Below, piece after piece: positions 12,030 through 25,336 of a stretch of 64,000 nt of DNA. This DNA comes from Squalus acanthias. Taxonomy: Eukaryota. The stretch is from NCBI GenBank assembly GCA_030390025.1, contig CM059431.1, forward strand, positions 103,604,001-103,668,000. The letters are read 5' to 3'. How positions within the stretch are numbered: position 1 is the stretch's first letter; the number at the start of each line of letters is the position of its first letter. A program made the translations under genes and the position numbers. The notes beneath the pieces were generated by a model. The model did no database searches and had not been told where the DNA came from. It worked only from the letters and a program-made list of their open reading frames with translations.

Positions 12030-12476
12030 AGAAACATAGAAACATAGAAGATAGGAGCAGGAGTAGGCCATTCGGCCCCTCGAGCCTGCTCCGCCATTCG
12101 ATGAGATCATGGCTGATCATCCAAACTCAGTACCCTGTCCCTGCCTTCTCCCCATATCTCTTGATACCTTTAGCTTTAAGAAATATATCTAACTCATTCT
12201 TGAATATATTTAATTACTTGGCCTCAACTACCTTCTGTGGTAGAGAATTCCACAGGTTCACCACTCTCTGGGTGAAGAAATTCCTCCTCATCTCAGTCCT
12301 AAATGGCTTACCCCTTATCCTTAGCTTATGACCCCTGTTTCTGGACTCTCCGACCATTGGGAACATTCTTCCTGCGTCTAGTTTGTCCAGACCTGTCAGA
12401 ATTTTATATGTTTCGATGAGATCCCCTCTCATTCTTCTATACTCCAGCGAGTATAAGCCCAATCGACCCAATCTCT
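12030..12476 (-). mobile_element. CR1 LINE 3' end
   Basis: RLGLYSLEYRRMRGDLIETYKIL...RRNFFTQRVVNLWNSLP; (ttctatgt) tail. Confidence 0.9.
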
Positions 12477-12649
12477 TGTTTGAGAATATGGGTTTCAGGG
12501 AAAATGTTCACCTGTACGTATTCTACATATCGTAAATGTGTCCTTTGCATTCAAGTTATGGTTTTGAGCAGCTCAGCTTTTTGATATCCACCAAAAATGT
12601 TTAAGAAGCAGAGGGTCTCCTGTTGCTCCTGTTGATCTCTGTAATAATT

Positions 12650-12910
12650 CACCATGGTAGCTCTCTATCTCTGCAACCTCCTCCCGACCTGCAACCCTCC
12701 CAGATCTCTGCGCTCCTCCAATTCTGGCCTCTTGCGCCTCCCCGGTTTTCATCGCTCCACCGCCTTCCGCTGCCTCGGCCCTAAGCTCTGGCATGCCCTG
12801 CCTAAACCTCTCCGCCTCTCCTCCTTTAAGACGTTCCTTCCAACCTACCTCTTTGACCAAGTTTTTGGGTCACCTGTCTTAACATGTCCTTACGTCGCTC
12901 GGTGTCTTCT
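12650..12910 (+). mobile_element. L2 3' fragment
   Basis: YLCNLLPTCNPPRSLRSSNSGLL...CLGPKLWHALPKPLRLSSFKTFLPTYLFDQVF. Confidence 0.8.
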
Positions 12911-13364
12911 GGATTTCCGCGTTTAACTGCGCATGTGTGGACGTCAGAAGTTTCTGTCAGTTTTACACAATAACGATGGTGAATGTTGACAGCCTTGCCG
13001 TCATTGCAACCCACAAAGTGCTCTTAAGTGCTCTGAATTTTCGATTCTACAGGAAAAATATTATAACATTTCCTTGGAAACACCGTAAGAAATTAATCAT
13101 CATGCCAAGTTAAAAAAAAATGCACCAGTATGGAAGAGCAACCAATCTGATCAGAAACTAGAAGCTTTAAATTGATTGAATGTTTTACATTGGCAGAATG
13201 ATTAACTGCATCCTTATATCTGGGGTTATATGTTTGTTTGTGATTACATATTGGGTATGGCAACTAGACTAGCAACTAGTGGTGATGGTACTAGCACTAG
13301 TCAAATGCCAAGGTTGATGAGTTCAAATCCTGCCATGGTGAGGGTTATTGAAGTTGGATTCAAT

Positions 13365-14117
13365 GGCCCGAAAATTAGACCTAATGTGGGAGAGTACGCA
13401 CTGTGTACTCTCGCGTATTAGGTCCCGAAGTGCCGGTTTCCTGCATGCACTGCGCATGCGCGGGAAACCGGCACTTCGGGTATTGCGAAGGGGGCGGTTC
13501 CTAAGTGAACCGCGTGCGCACTACAGGTTGTGCACACGCAGCGCACTTAGTTTTTTTTTCAGGTTTGAACGCGCAGGTAAGCGTTTAAGATTTTACACAT
13601 AAAGAAAGCAGGCGTAAGACCCCCTTTTAACAAGGTAAGTAGTTAATTAAGTATTATTTTAAATTTTTTTCAACAGGTTTATCTTTTTTAGAGACTTTAA
13701 AGAAAGGTAAGTTTATTTTTATAACTTTTAAAAAGAATTAAAAAAATTTCAAAAATTTAAATTTTTGTTTAAAGTGGTTAATTTATTTAACTATAGTTAT
13801 TTTATTAATGTGATGGCTTTTTTAAATTTAATTGAAGTTTAGCTGTTCTTTTGGGGGCTTGTTGTATTCATAATATTGACAGCTCTTGCTGTCAAAACTA
13901 TGAATGAAAGATGGTGTGCTGCCATTGGCTCTAACTGGCCCACGTGATCCCAGAGGTCGCACGAACTAACTGCGCCTCTGGGACATGCGCGCCGGCATCA
14001 GGGAGAGGCCCAGGAACTGAAGTTCGTGTGGGCCAAAACCATAAAGGCAGGCGCGGAGTGCGATATCGCGGGGGATCCTTACCCCCGTGGCAACCATCGA
14101 ACTCCAATTTCTGGGCC
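13365..14117. mobile_element. ~750-bp MITE (GGCC-ended family, AWT TSD), inside an old tRNA-SINE remnant
   Basis: Ends ggcccgaaaatt / aatttctgggcc; aat/aat TSD; homologous to 28914, 45627 and 61307. Confidence 0.8.
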
Positions 14118-14539
14118 AATAAATCTGGTCATTTATAAGCTATCACCAGCAAAGCCCAGTTGGCTCACTGATGTCCTTCAGGTGGAAGGGAACCTGCCCT
14201 CTGTACCCAGTCCAGCCTAAAGGTGACTGTTAATCCCGCAGAGCAATTCAGGATGGAAAATAACAATTGAAGTATAAGCTCTGGAGTTCTACAGGAATTG
14301 CCTCAATGAATGCCAACGCATTTTACACGGAGATAATTTTCCGATTTAGGTTTATGTCGATAAAGTTCATGGGATTCCCCGCTAGCTTTTCATTAATGTC
14401 AGGAACTCTGTGCAGCAAATGCAACCCAGGAAAAATGTGCAGCTTTACTTATCCAGCAAAAATAGCTACTGACTACCTATCATTGATCGAGGGTTACTTC
14501 AAGCTCAGCAATGTTCTGCAAATATGATTCAATTCTAAC

Positions 14540-15412
14540 ACCAACAAAATTTGCATTTATATAGCACTGTTACCATAGAAAAATGTGCCCATGTGCTTCA
14601 CAGAGGCATAAGGGGAACTGGACGCTGAGCTAAAGAAGAAGCTATTAGGACTGGTGCAAATGCTTGGCCAAGAAAGTGGTCTTTAAGCAGAGTGTTGAAG
14701 GAGAAGAGGGAGGTGGAGAGGGCAGAGGAGTTTACCAAGGGAATTCCAGAGTGTAAATTCCTTGGCAGTTGAAGCTTTGGAGGAATTTAAAGGATGAGAA
14801 TTTTAGATTTGAAGTGTTGGGAGACTGGGAGCCAATGTAGATCAGCAATGATGGAGGTGCTGGGTAAGTGAGACTTGGTGCAGGATGGTATACGAGCAGC
14901 AGGGTTTTAGGTGTGTTGAAGTTTATGGAGATTTGAGGATGGGTGCTTGGCCAGGAAAACATTGGAGTAATTGAGTTTGGAGATGACAAAGCCATGGATG
15001 AGGGTTTCAGCAGCAGATGGATTGAGGTGGCCAATGTTACAGAGGTGGAAGTAGGCAGTCTTTGTGATGGAGAGGATGTGGGGCTGAAAAACTCAGCCCA
15101 TCATCAACAACAAGAACAACATGCATTTATATGGTGCTGTGCAGTAGAAAAATGTCCCAAGGCACTTTAACTGAAGCGCAGTCAAACCAAAATTCTCACC
15201 AAGCCAAAGATGGAGATATGAGGAGGGATGACTAAAAGCTTGGTCAAAGAGGGGGGTTTAAGGAGGGTCTTAAATGAGGAGAGAGCGAGGTGGCGAGGCG
15301 GAGAGGTATAGAGAGGAAATTTCAGAATTTGGGGCCTATAAAGCTGAAGGCACGGTCGCCAATGGTGAGGATTTTGGGATGCACAAGAGGCCAGCGATGG
15401 AGGAATGCAGAG
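14540..15412 (-). mobile_element. Two old L2 3' fragments
   Basis: Minus-strand peptide LLLKPSSMALSSPNSITPMFSW... corresponds to frameshifted L2 ORF2; L2-type tails at ~14545 and ~15105. Confidence 0.7.
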
Positions 15413-15796
15413 TTAAAACTAACTGTTGCAATATCGTTAATTTTATGCTTGTGTTTCAGCCTCATGTAGGTACAGCACTTTAGGTCTCTGCTGTCACATC
15501 ATGTCCCTCTTGCCTACCATCCTCGTTCTCCCCAATCTCCATTGGGTCCCTATCTCCCAATACATTGAATTCAGAATCTTCATCCTTATTCACAAATGTC
15601 TCCTTGACATTACCCCACTATAACTCTGCAAACTCCCTCAGCCCTATGCCCCAGCCTGTGCCTTTGGTCGTCTGACTTTAAGCTCCTGTGTATACTTACC
15701 CCCCCCCTCCCCCCCCACTCCTCTATCCAAGGCAGAGCCTTCAAACATCGCACTCTCTACCATCTGCTACTTTCTCCCTCAATCATTCTAAGTCAT

Positions 15797-16112
15797 TCGG
15801 ATGAGGCGTTAAACCAAGGCTCCATCTGCCCTCTCAGGTGGATGTAAAAGATCCCATGGCACTATTTTGAAGAAGAGCAGGGGAGTTATCCCCGGTGTCC
15901 TGGCCAATATTTATCCCTCAACCCACATAATAACAACAGATGATCTGGTCATTATCACATTGCTGTCTGTGGGAGCTTGCTGTGCGCAAATTGGCTGCCG
16001 CATTTCCCACATTACAACAGTGACTACACTTGAAAAAGTACTTCATTGGCTGTAAAGCGCTTTGGGACGTCTGATGGTCGTGAAAGGCGCTATATAAATG
16101 CAGGTCTTTCTT
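15797..16112 (+). mobile_element. DeuSINE, 5'-truncated
   Basis: Deu core and tail gaaaggcgctatataaatgcaggtctttc. Confidence 0.85.
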
Positions 16113-17194
16113 TTAAATCCCTTTACTTTACTACTTCATTCCTCTCCTTCAAAAGCTTCCTCAAAACCTATGCCTATATCTTTGCTTTATGTCACCCTTC
16201 CTAACTCTTCTATTACTCTTCAACATCTATTTAAGCTCTGTGAAATGCCTCGAGATGTGTTAAGCACACCAAACAAATGGGAGTTGCTACCATTGATGTG
16301 CTGACTATTACTTATTTGCAAGCCACCCATTTGGCATCTAGACCAATCCTAGTCATCGATCTCCAGATTTCTTTACAAATCGATTTCTTCATGCACTCGA
16401 TGTGAGTCACATGAGCTCAGATAGGCAAGAGGCGACACACAATGGAAAAACTCCGTGAGCAAAAATAAGATGAAAGCCATCTTCTGTTTTATTAGGACAT
16501 TTTTAATTATGCTCTCAGTTATGTAGATGGGGTTACTTTGCATTCAATATATTTCCCCAACAATAGCATTGTCCTTTAAATGTAATCTGTTTACATGCAG
16601 CATGTAAATAAAGTATGGTTGAAACTCAATTTTTAAAATCCTAATCAAAGCTCGCGCTTTAGTAGCCTGCACCGCAGTCAAGAATTACAGAAGAATCAAT
16701 CTGTCTCCTGCAATTATGCAGAGCCATTTACTCCACATTAACTTTATAGAGATAATTTGATTCTATTTCTATGTGCCATCAAACTAGGGTCATTTACCTT
16801 TACCTTAACATTGAGGAATAAGTTTTAGGAAATTTCAAATAAATACTTCATAAAACTTGCAGAGGAGTGACATATTACATCTGTCATATGATTCACTTAA
16901 TAGCTATAGTTGATAAATCTTCCCATAATTACTTTGAATATTAGTGAAAGAAATATACGCAATATAATTCTGACCAGAGGCACATTATGATTTCCCCAGT
17001 GATTATTAATCAACATGACTTGACAGGTTTAAATTGAATATTGCACACTTTAGATGCTGCATTGTAAAGCTTCCACTAGGGAACTTTTTTCGGTAGTCTC
17101 GATTGTCGATATTATAAAACCAGAATTCAAAATTGGTCTGCTTTTATCAGAGTGTACTGATCGCAGTCCAAAGTGCATTGGACCTGGATAGTTC

Positions 17195-17785
17195 ATCTAC
17201 TGAAGGTATGATTGCTAAATTTGCTGATGACACAAAGATAGGTAGGAAAGTAAATTGTGAAGAGGACATAAGGAGGCTACAAAGGGATATGGATAGGTTA
17301 AGTGAGTGGGCAAAGATCTGGCAAATGGAGTATAATGTGGGAAAATGTGAAATTGTCCATTTTGGCAGGAAGAATAAAAAAGAAGCATATTATCTAAATG
17401 GTGAGAGATTGCAGAGCTCTGAGATGCAGAGGGATCTGGCTGTCCTAGTGCATGAATCGCAAAAGGTGAGTATGCAGGTACATCAAGTAATTAGGAAAGC
17501 TAATAGAATGTTATCGTTTATTGCGAGGGGTATTGAATACAAAAGTAGGGAGATTATGCTTCAATTATACAGGGCATTGGTGAGACCACATCTGCAGGGT
17601 CTTTGAATATTTTTAAGGCAGAGGTAGTTGGATTCTTGATAAGCAAGGGGGTGAAAGGTTATCGGGGGTAGGCGGGAATGTGGAGTAATCAGATCAGCCA
17701 TGATCTTATTGAATGGCGGAGCAGGCTTGAGGGGCTGAGTGGCCTACTCCTGCTCCTAATTCATATGTTCGTATGTATGTTCGGA
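17195..17785 (+). mobile_element. CR1 LINE fragment with internal deletion
   Basis: IAKFADDTKIG (RT F-ADD motif)...ALVRPHL joined directly to the 3' UTR at ~17596. Confidence 0.85.
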
Positions 17786-17919
17786 ATACATGATGTTTCA
17801 AGAAAATGCTTGATGGAGACGGTAACAAACCTATCAGACCATCTGCCTATTTCAGGAAAGAAACTCACTGAGCCTGCATTAAGACCTACTTTTACAGTTT
17901 GCCACTTCATTATTACATT

Positions 17920-18385
17920 GAATTACATAGAATTTACAGCACAGAAACAGGCCATTCGGCCCCACTGGTCTGTGCCGATGTTTATGCTCCACACGAGCCT
18001 CCTCCCACCCCTCTTCATCTCACCCCATCAACATATCCTTCTCTTTCTTTCTCCCTCATGTGTTCACCTAGTTGCCCTTTAAATACATCTGTGCTATTCG
18101 CCTCAACCACTCCCTGTTCTAGCGAGTTCCACATTCTCACCACTCTCTGGGTAAAGAAGTTTCTTCTGAATTCCCTTTTGGATTTATTAGTGACTATCTT
18201 ATATTTATGGCCCCCTAGTTTGGGTCTTGCCCGCAAGTGGAAATATCTTCTCTACGTCTACCCTTTCATAATCTTAAAGACCTCTATCAGGTCACCACTC
18301 AGCCTTCTTGTTTCTAGAGAAAAGAGCCCCAGCCTGTTCAATCTTTTCTGATAGGTGTAACCTCTCAGTTCTGGTATCATCCTTG
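17920..18385 (-). mobile_element. CR1 LINE 3' end
   Basis: MIPELRGYTYQKRLNRLGLFSLE...RRNFFTQRVVRMWNSL. Confidence 0.85.
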
Positions 18386-18809
18386 TTTTGCCTATGCAAG
18401 TAAGTGATTCCAGAAGGACTAAATAATCTTTGGGATTCTTCATCATTAACTACTTGCATTGTTTGGAGCCATACACCTCTTCACATGAAATGAAAGCAGG
18501 ACAGATGACTCTCAGGATCACTGATATTACTGAATCTTCTGACAGCCTTTTAAAGATGCTTGAAGAACAAGGGGAACTCAGGTTTTAAAGCTATCAGACT
18601 ATTAGATTACAAGGTTAAATCAAAGAATGAAAGTATTTTTTTAATGATTCTTTTTTGTGAATTTCGCCTTCTCAATATGATGGATGTTAGTGCTGGGAAA
18701 TGGAATCCATTTCATTTCGAGTACCAAATATCAGTTCAAGCACTTCCAGGCCACATATTACATTTTAACTGCAAAAGTCACCTTGCACCCTCCATAAAGT
18801 TGAGCTGAT

Positions 18810-19275
18810 CAAAACTCGGCTGCCCGTATCCCAACTCGCACCAAGTCCCGTTGGCTCCCAGTCCGGCAACGGTTCGATTTTAAAATTCTCATCCTTGTTT
18901 TCAAATCCCTCCATGGCCTTGCCCCCTCCCTATCTCTGTAACCTCCTCCAGCCCTACAACCCTCCGAGATCTCTGCACTCCTCCAATTCTGGCCTCTTGC
19001 GCATCCCTGATTTCTAGCGTTCCACCATTGGCGGCCGTGCCTTCAGCTGCCAAGGCCCTAGGCTCTGGAATTACCTCCCTAAAGATCTCTGCCTCTGTCT
19101 CCTGCTGTAAGACGCTCCTTAAAACCTACCTCTTTGACCAAGCTTTTGGTCGCCTGTCCTAATATCTCCTTATGTGGCTCGGTGTCAAACTTTGTCCGAT
19201 AACGCTCCTTTGAAGCGCCGCGGGACGTTTTACTACGTTAAAGGCGCTGTATAAATACAAGATGTTGTAGTTGTA
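18810..19275 (+). mobile_element. L2 LINE 3' end
   Basis: tggctcccagtccggcaacggttcgattttaaaattctc (WLPVRQRFDFKIL) through the tail aaaggcgctgtataaatacaagatgttgtagttgt. Confidence 0.85.
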
Positions 19276-19639
19276 AAGCTTCCTCTAATCTGCCCCAACA
19301 TTGTGCCTCAGCCCCAACCTCAGAAGAACAGCCTAAATACGTCTGTGTAACAATTTGTCCATTTTCCACAGGAGCCAATCTGTGGCCTCTCTAAACGAGA
19401 TTGTCAATTTAGTGGCAAATCAAAGTTTCTGTAAAGGAGCAACTGGATTATTTGCTGGTGCTAAGAGTTCAAGAAAGATAGGTTGATACTCCCAGAGGCA
19501 CCGTGCGATCTAAGGATTACATGGGAGGCTGGAATGGTTTGTCCCCCACTTCTGATTCATCATAAATTCATTACGACTGACGGATGAACGTTATCAAATT
19601 AAACAGCCGCCTGAAAACAGATACAAAAAATAATTTGAA

Positions 19640-20712
19640 AGGCTATTGGAGTGTTGGCCTTTATCTCAACCAGGCTGGAATACAAAGGGGTGGAAGATAT
19701 GTTACATCTGGACAGAGCTCTGGTTCGACCCCACTTAGAGTACCGGGTTCAGCTCTGGGCACCGCACCTCAGGAAGGATATATTAGACTTGAAGGGGGTG
19801 CAACGGGGCTAAAAGGGTTAAATTACGAGGACAGGTTGCATAGACGAGGTTTGTGTTTCCTTGAGTATAGAAGATTAATAAGGGCGATCTAATTGAGGTG
19901 TTTAAGATGAGCAAAGGAGTTGATAGGGTAGAAGAATGAGAGGTGATCTGATTGAAACGTATAAGATTCTGAGGGGGATTGACAGGGTAGATGCAGGGAG
20001 GATGTTTCCCCTCGTGGGGGAATCTAGAACTAGGGGGCATAGTTTCAGAATAAGGGGTCGCCCATTTAAAATGGAGATGAGGAGGAATTTCTTCTCTCAG
20101 AGGGTCGTGAATCTTTGGAATTCTCTATCCCAGAGAGCTGTGGAGGCGGAGTCATTGAATATATTTAAGGTGGAGATAGACAGATTTTTGAACGATAAGG
20201 GAGTCAAGGGTTATGGGGAGCGGGCAGGAAAGTGGAGTTGAGGCCAAGACCAGATCAGCATGATCTTATTGAATGGCGGGGCAGGCTCGAGGGGCCAAAT
20301 GGCCCACTCTTGCTCTTATTTCTTATGTTCTTATGTTCTTATAAGAGAGAAACTATTTCCTCTGGTGGGGGGAGAGTCCAGAACCAGGGGTCATAACCTT
20401 AAAATTAGAGCCAGGCCATTCAGGGGTGATGTCAGGAAGCACTTCTTCACACAAAGGGTGGTGGAAATCTGGAACTCTCTCCCCCCAAAAAGCTGTTGAG
20501 GCTGGGGGTCAATTGAAAATTTCCAAACTGGGATTGATAGATTTTTGTTGGGTAAGGGTATTAGGCGGTGGGTTGGGGGGGGGGGGGGGGGTGTGGGGGT
20601 GGGTGTGGAACCAAGGAGGGTAGATGGAGTTAAGATACAGATCAGCCATGATCTCATTGAATGGCGGAGCAGGCTCGAGGGGCCGAATGGCCTCCTCCTG
20701 TTCCTATGTTCC
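19640..20712 (+). mobile_element. CR1 3' fragment with a younger CR1 3' end (~19921-20342) nested inside
   Basis: MRGDLIETYKILRGIDRVDAGRMFPLVGESRTRGH... with its own (ttcttatg) tail, followed by resumption REKLFPLVG... of the older copy. Confidence 0.8.
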
Positions 20713-21545
20713 TTTGAAAGCCTGTTCTCCATGAAGACATGAAAATCCCTAAGGCATCCAACCTGCAAATTAACCATAATATCACCAGTGGTAATTGGCA
20801 TTGATTTAAATAAGACGATCAATCAGCCATTCGTTCGTTTCCTAACATTTTTGGAATTTGTGTTATGTTTGCCTATTATCAGGCATTGACATGTCTTCCG
20901 ATATTGAGTAAGGAGCGAGCTAGAAATACTGCTATTGTTTATACATCATAGCAGATGACTGGATCTTTCTTGTAACTCTTCATTTGGAGATAGAACTTTC
21001 TTTTGCCTTGTTAAATTACAAATGCGCGCATGTCTCGTTTCCAAGGTGAGAGCCTAATGCAATGCACTCTGAGCATCCTGTCACAAACAATATTTCTTCA
21101 GAAGTAATGAACAGGAGCTGCAGGGTAAAAAGATTGAGGGATTAAAAACGTGCTCTGAAAATGCTTCAGTTTGATTAACTGGGAGTTGGAAAATTGAAGT
21201 CGACATGAACGCAATAACAAACTACCGCAAACATTCCAGACTGGCCAGCAATAGCTAAATGTCACACCTGAGATGCAAAAAGGCAGAGACCTGTGAAACG
21301 CAAAGACGTTTAAATCACTCCAGTCATTTAGTGAAGGGGGAAATCTAGTTTTCTCCAGCTTCAGGGTGGAAATAAATCCTGGCGTGAGAAGAGTTAAAAG
21401 TAAATTAAATTTGTATTCTCTTATATTTCACGTGCACTTTGTAATAAAATGCTCCTTCAATGCCAATGACAAAGAGCGCAAATAGGAAATAACTGAGGGC
21501 TGTAAATTGCCAGTCCTTCAAAGTCACTGCCCTCGTACTTTCCCC

Positions 21546-23980
21546 ATACTGAGGGAGCGCTGCACTGTCGGAGGTGGGGGGGCAGTACTGAGGGAGTGCT
21601 GCACTGTCAGAGGGGCAGTACTGAGGGAGCGCTGCACTGTCGGAGGGGCAATACTGAGGGAGTGCTGCACTGTTGGAGGGGCAGTACTGAGGGAGTGCTG
21701 CACTGTTGGAGGGGCAGTACTGAGGGAGCGCTGCACTGTCGGAGGGGCAATACTGAGGGAGTGCTGCACTGTTGGAGGGGCAGTACTGAGGGAGCGCTGC
21801 ACTGTCGGAGGGGCAGTACTGAGGGAGCGCCGCATGTTGGAGGGGCAGTACTGAGGGAGCGCTGCACTGTCAGAGGGGCAGTACTGAAGGAGCGCTGCAC
21901 TGTTGGAGGGCAGTACTGAGGGAGTGCTGCACTGTTGGAGGGGCAGTACTGAGGGAGCGCTGCACTGTCGGAGGGGCAATACTGAGGGAGTGCTGCACTG
22001 TTGGAGGGGCAGTACTGAGGGAGCGCTGCACTGTCGGAGGGGCAGTACTGAGGGAGCGCCGCATGTTGGAGGGGCAGTACTGAGGGAGCGCTGCACTGTC
22101 AGAGGGGCAGTACTGAAGGAGCGCTGCACTGTTGGAGGGCAGTACTCAGGGAGCGCTGCACTGTTGGAGGGGCAGGACTGAGGGAGTGCTGCACTGTCGG
22201 AGGGGCAGTACTGAGGGAGCGATGCACTGTCGGGGGGCAGTACTGAGGGAGCGCCGCACTGTCGGAGGGGCAGTACTGAGGGAGTGCTGCACTGTTGGAG
22301 GGGCAGTACTGAGGGAGCGCTGTACTGTCGGAGGAGCAGTACTGAGGGAGTGCTGCGCTGATGGAAGGGCAGTACTGAGGCAGCGCCGCACTGTCGGAGG
22401 GGCAGTACTGAGGGAGTGATGCACTGTCGGAGGGGCAGTACTGAGGGAGAGCTGCACTGTCGGAGGGGCAGTACTGAGGGAGTGCTGCACTGTCGGAGGG
22501 GCAGTACTGAGGGAGCGATGCACTGTCGGAGGGGCAGTACTGAGGGAGCGATGCACTGTCGGGGGGCAGTACTGAGGGAGTGATGCACTGTCGGGGGGCA
22601 GTACTTAGGGAGCGATGCACTGTCGGGGGGCAGTACTGAGGGAGCACTGCACTGTCGGAGGGGCAGTACTGAGGGAGTGCTGCACTGTCGGAGGGGCAGT
22701 ACTGAGGGAGCGCTGCGCTGACGGAGGGGCAGTACTGAGGGAGCGCCGCACTGTCGGAGGGGCAGTACTGAGGGAGTGCTGCACTGTCGGAGGGGCAGTA
22801 CTGAGGGAGCGCTGTACTGTCGGAGGGGCAGTACTGAGGGAGTGCTGCACTGATGGAGGGGCAGTACTGAGGGAGCGCCGCACTGTCGGAGGGGCAGTAC
22901 TGAGGGAGTGATGTACTGTCGGAGGGGCAGTACTGAGGGAGAGCTGCACTGTCGGAGGGGCAGTACTGAGGGAGTGCTGCACTGTCGGAGGGGCAGTACT
23001 GAGGGAGCGATGCACTGTCGGAGGGGCAGTACTGAGGGAGCGCTGCACTGTTGGAGGTTCAGTACTGAGGGAGCGCTGTACTGTCGGAGGAGCAGTACTG
23101 AGGGAGTGCTGCGCTGATGGAAGGGCAGTACTGAGGGAGCGCCGCACTGTCGGAGGGGCAGTACTGAGGGAGTGATGCACTGTCGGAGGGGCAGTACTGA
23201 GGGAGAGCTGCACTGTCGGAGGGGCAGTACTGAGGGAGTGCTGCACTGTCGGAGGGGCAGTACTGAGGGAGCGATGCACTGTCGGGGGGCAGTACTGAGG
23301 GAGTGATGCACTGTCGGGGGGCAGTACTTAGGGAGCGATGCACTGTCGGGGGGCAGTACTGAGGGAGCACTGCACTGTCGGAGGGGCAGTACTGAGGGAG
23401 TGCTGCACTGTCGGAGGGGCAGTACTGTGGGAGCGCTGCGCTGACGGAGGGGCAGTACTGAGGGAGCGCCGCACTGTCGGAGGGGCAGTACTGAGGGAGT
23501 GCTGCACTGTCGGAGGGGCAGTACTGAGGGAGCGCTGTACTGTCGGAGGGGCAGTACTGAGGGAGTGCTGCGCTGATGGAGGGGCAGTACTGAGGGAGCG
23601 CCGCACTGTCGGAGGGGCAGTACTGAGGGAGTGATGCACTGTCGGAGGGGCAGTACTGAGGGAGAGCTGCACTGTCGGAGGGGCAGTACTGAGGGAGTGC
23701 TGCACTGTCGGAGGGGCAGTACTGAGGGAGCGATGCACTGTCGGAGGGGCAGTACTGAGGGAGCGCTGCACTGTCGGGGGGCAGTACTAAGGGAGCGCTG
23801 CACTGTCGGAGAGGCAGTACTGAGGGAGCGCCGCACTGTCGGAGGGGCAGTACTGAGGGAGCGCCGCACTGTCGGAGGAGCAATACTGAGGGAGCGCCGC
23901 ACTGTCGGAGACGCAGTACTGAGGGAGCACTGCACTTTTGGAGGGGTAGTACTGAGGGAGTGCTGCATTGTCGGAGGGGC
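21546..23980. repeat. 33-bp minisatellite (about 74 units) derived from a DeuSINE internal segment
   Basis: Unit cagtactgagggagcgctgcactgtcggagggg; the last unit runs directly into the SINE body at 23981. Confidence 0.95.
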
Positions 23981-24310
23981 CATCTTTCAGTTAGATGTTA
24001 AACTGAGGCCCCATCTGCTCTCGCAGGTGGACGTAAAAGATCCCGCGGCCACTATTTCAAATAAGAGCAGGGGAGTTATCCCCGGTGTCCTGGGGCCAAT
24101 ATTTATCCCTCAACCAACATCACTAAAACCAGATTATCAGGTCATTATCACATCGCTGTTTGTGGGACTTTGCTGTGCGCAAATTGGCTGCCGCGTTTCC
24201 TACATTACAACAGCGCCTACACTTCAAAAAGTACTTCATAGGCTGTAAAGCACTTTGGGACGTCCTGAGGTCATGAAAGGCGCTATATAAATGCAAGTTC
24301 TTTCTTCCTT
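23981..24310 (+). mobile_element. DeuSINE body and tail (5' part replaced by the minisatellite)
   Basis: catctttcagttagatgttaaactgaggcccc...aggcgctatataaatgcaagttctttc. Confidence 0.9.
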
Positions 24311-24457
24311 TTTAAGACTCTCCCTCATCTCCATGAACTTCGGCAGGCTTAATGATACAGGATGGGGTGGGTGAATCCTGGCACGATGGCAGAATGCACT
24401 GCCCCATTGGTTTTCAGCCCCTATATATGGAGTTCAGGAATTTTTTCCCCACAAACT

Positions 24458-25095
24458 TACATAAGAACATAAGAAATAGGAACAGGAGTAGGCCATTCGG
24501 CCCCTCGAGCCTGCCCCACCATTCAATAAGATCATGGCTGATCTGATCTTGACCTCAACCCCACTTTCCTGCCCGCTCCCCATAACCCTTGACTCCCCTG
24601 TTTTTCAAATATCTGTCTATCTCCACCTTAAATATATTCACTGACTCCGCCTCCACAGCTCTCTGGGGAAGAGAATTCCAAAGGTTCATGACCCTCTGAG
24701 AGAAGAAATTCCTCCTCATCTCCGTCTTAAATGGGCGACCCCTTATCCTGAAACTATGCCCCCTAGTTCTAGATTCCCCCACGAGGGGAAACATCCTCTC
24801 AGCATCTACCCTGTCAAGCCCCCTCAGAATCTTATATGTTTCAATAAGATCACCTCTCATTCTTCTAAACTCCAATGAGTATAGGCCCAACCTGCTCAAC
24901 CTTTCCTCATAAGACAACTCCTTCAACTCAGGAATCAGCCTAGTGAACCTTCTCTGAACTGCCTCCAATGCAAGTATATCCCTCCTTAAATAAGGAGACC
25001 AAAACTGTATGCAGTACTCCAGGTGTGGTCTCACCAACGCCCTGCAGAGTTGTAGCAAGACTTCCCTACTTTTATACTCCATCCCCTTTGCAACA
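24458..25095 (-). mobile_element. CR1 LINE 3' end
   Basis: 175-aa minus ORF EYKSREVLLQLCRALVRPHLEYCIQFWSP...RRMRGDLIETYKIL. Confidence 0.92.
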
Positions 25096-25336
25096 AAGGT
25101 TGTACATTACCTGTAATGTTTCCTATGAAAGGATCATTCTGACTTTATGGGAGCAATTGTAACCTAACTCGCTGGACGGCAATCCCACGGGATCGGGGGG
25201 AACGCCAGTTTTACCCCCCGCCCAGTATTGCTCTCTGTTGACTTCAATGGAGGGTAAAATTGGGTGAGTGTAAAACCAGCATTGCCCCCGACCCTGTGAG
25301 TATCCCGATGGGCGTATTTGGTGAATCAGTTTCTAC

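Noticed and set aside
21546..23980. CRISPR-like array
   Set aside because: Units are contiguous with no unique spacers, there are no cas genes, and the context is vertebrate-type.
21524..23983. 819-aa and overlapping repetitive ORFs (SVLPLRQC / STAPPTV / GAVLREC repeats)
   Set aside because: Artefact of a 33-bp (11-codon) minisatellite that is open in several frames on both strands and derives from a SINE.
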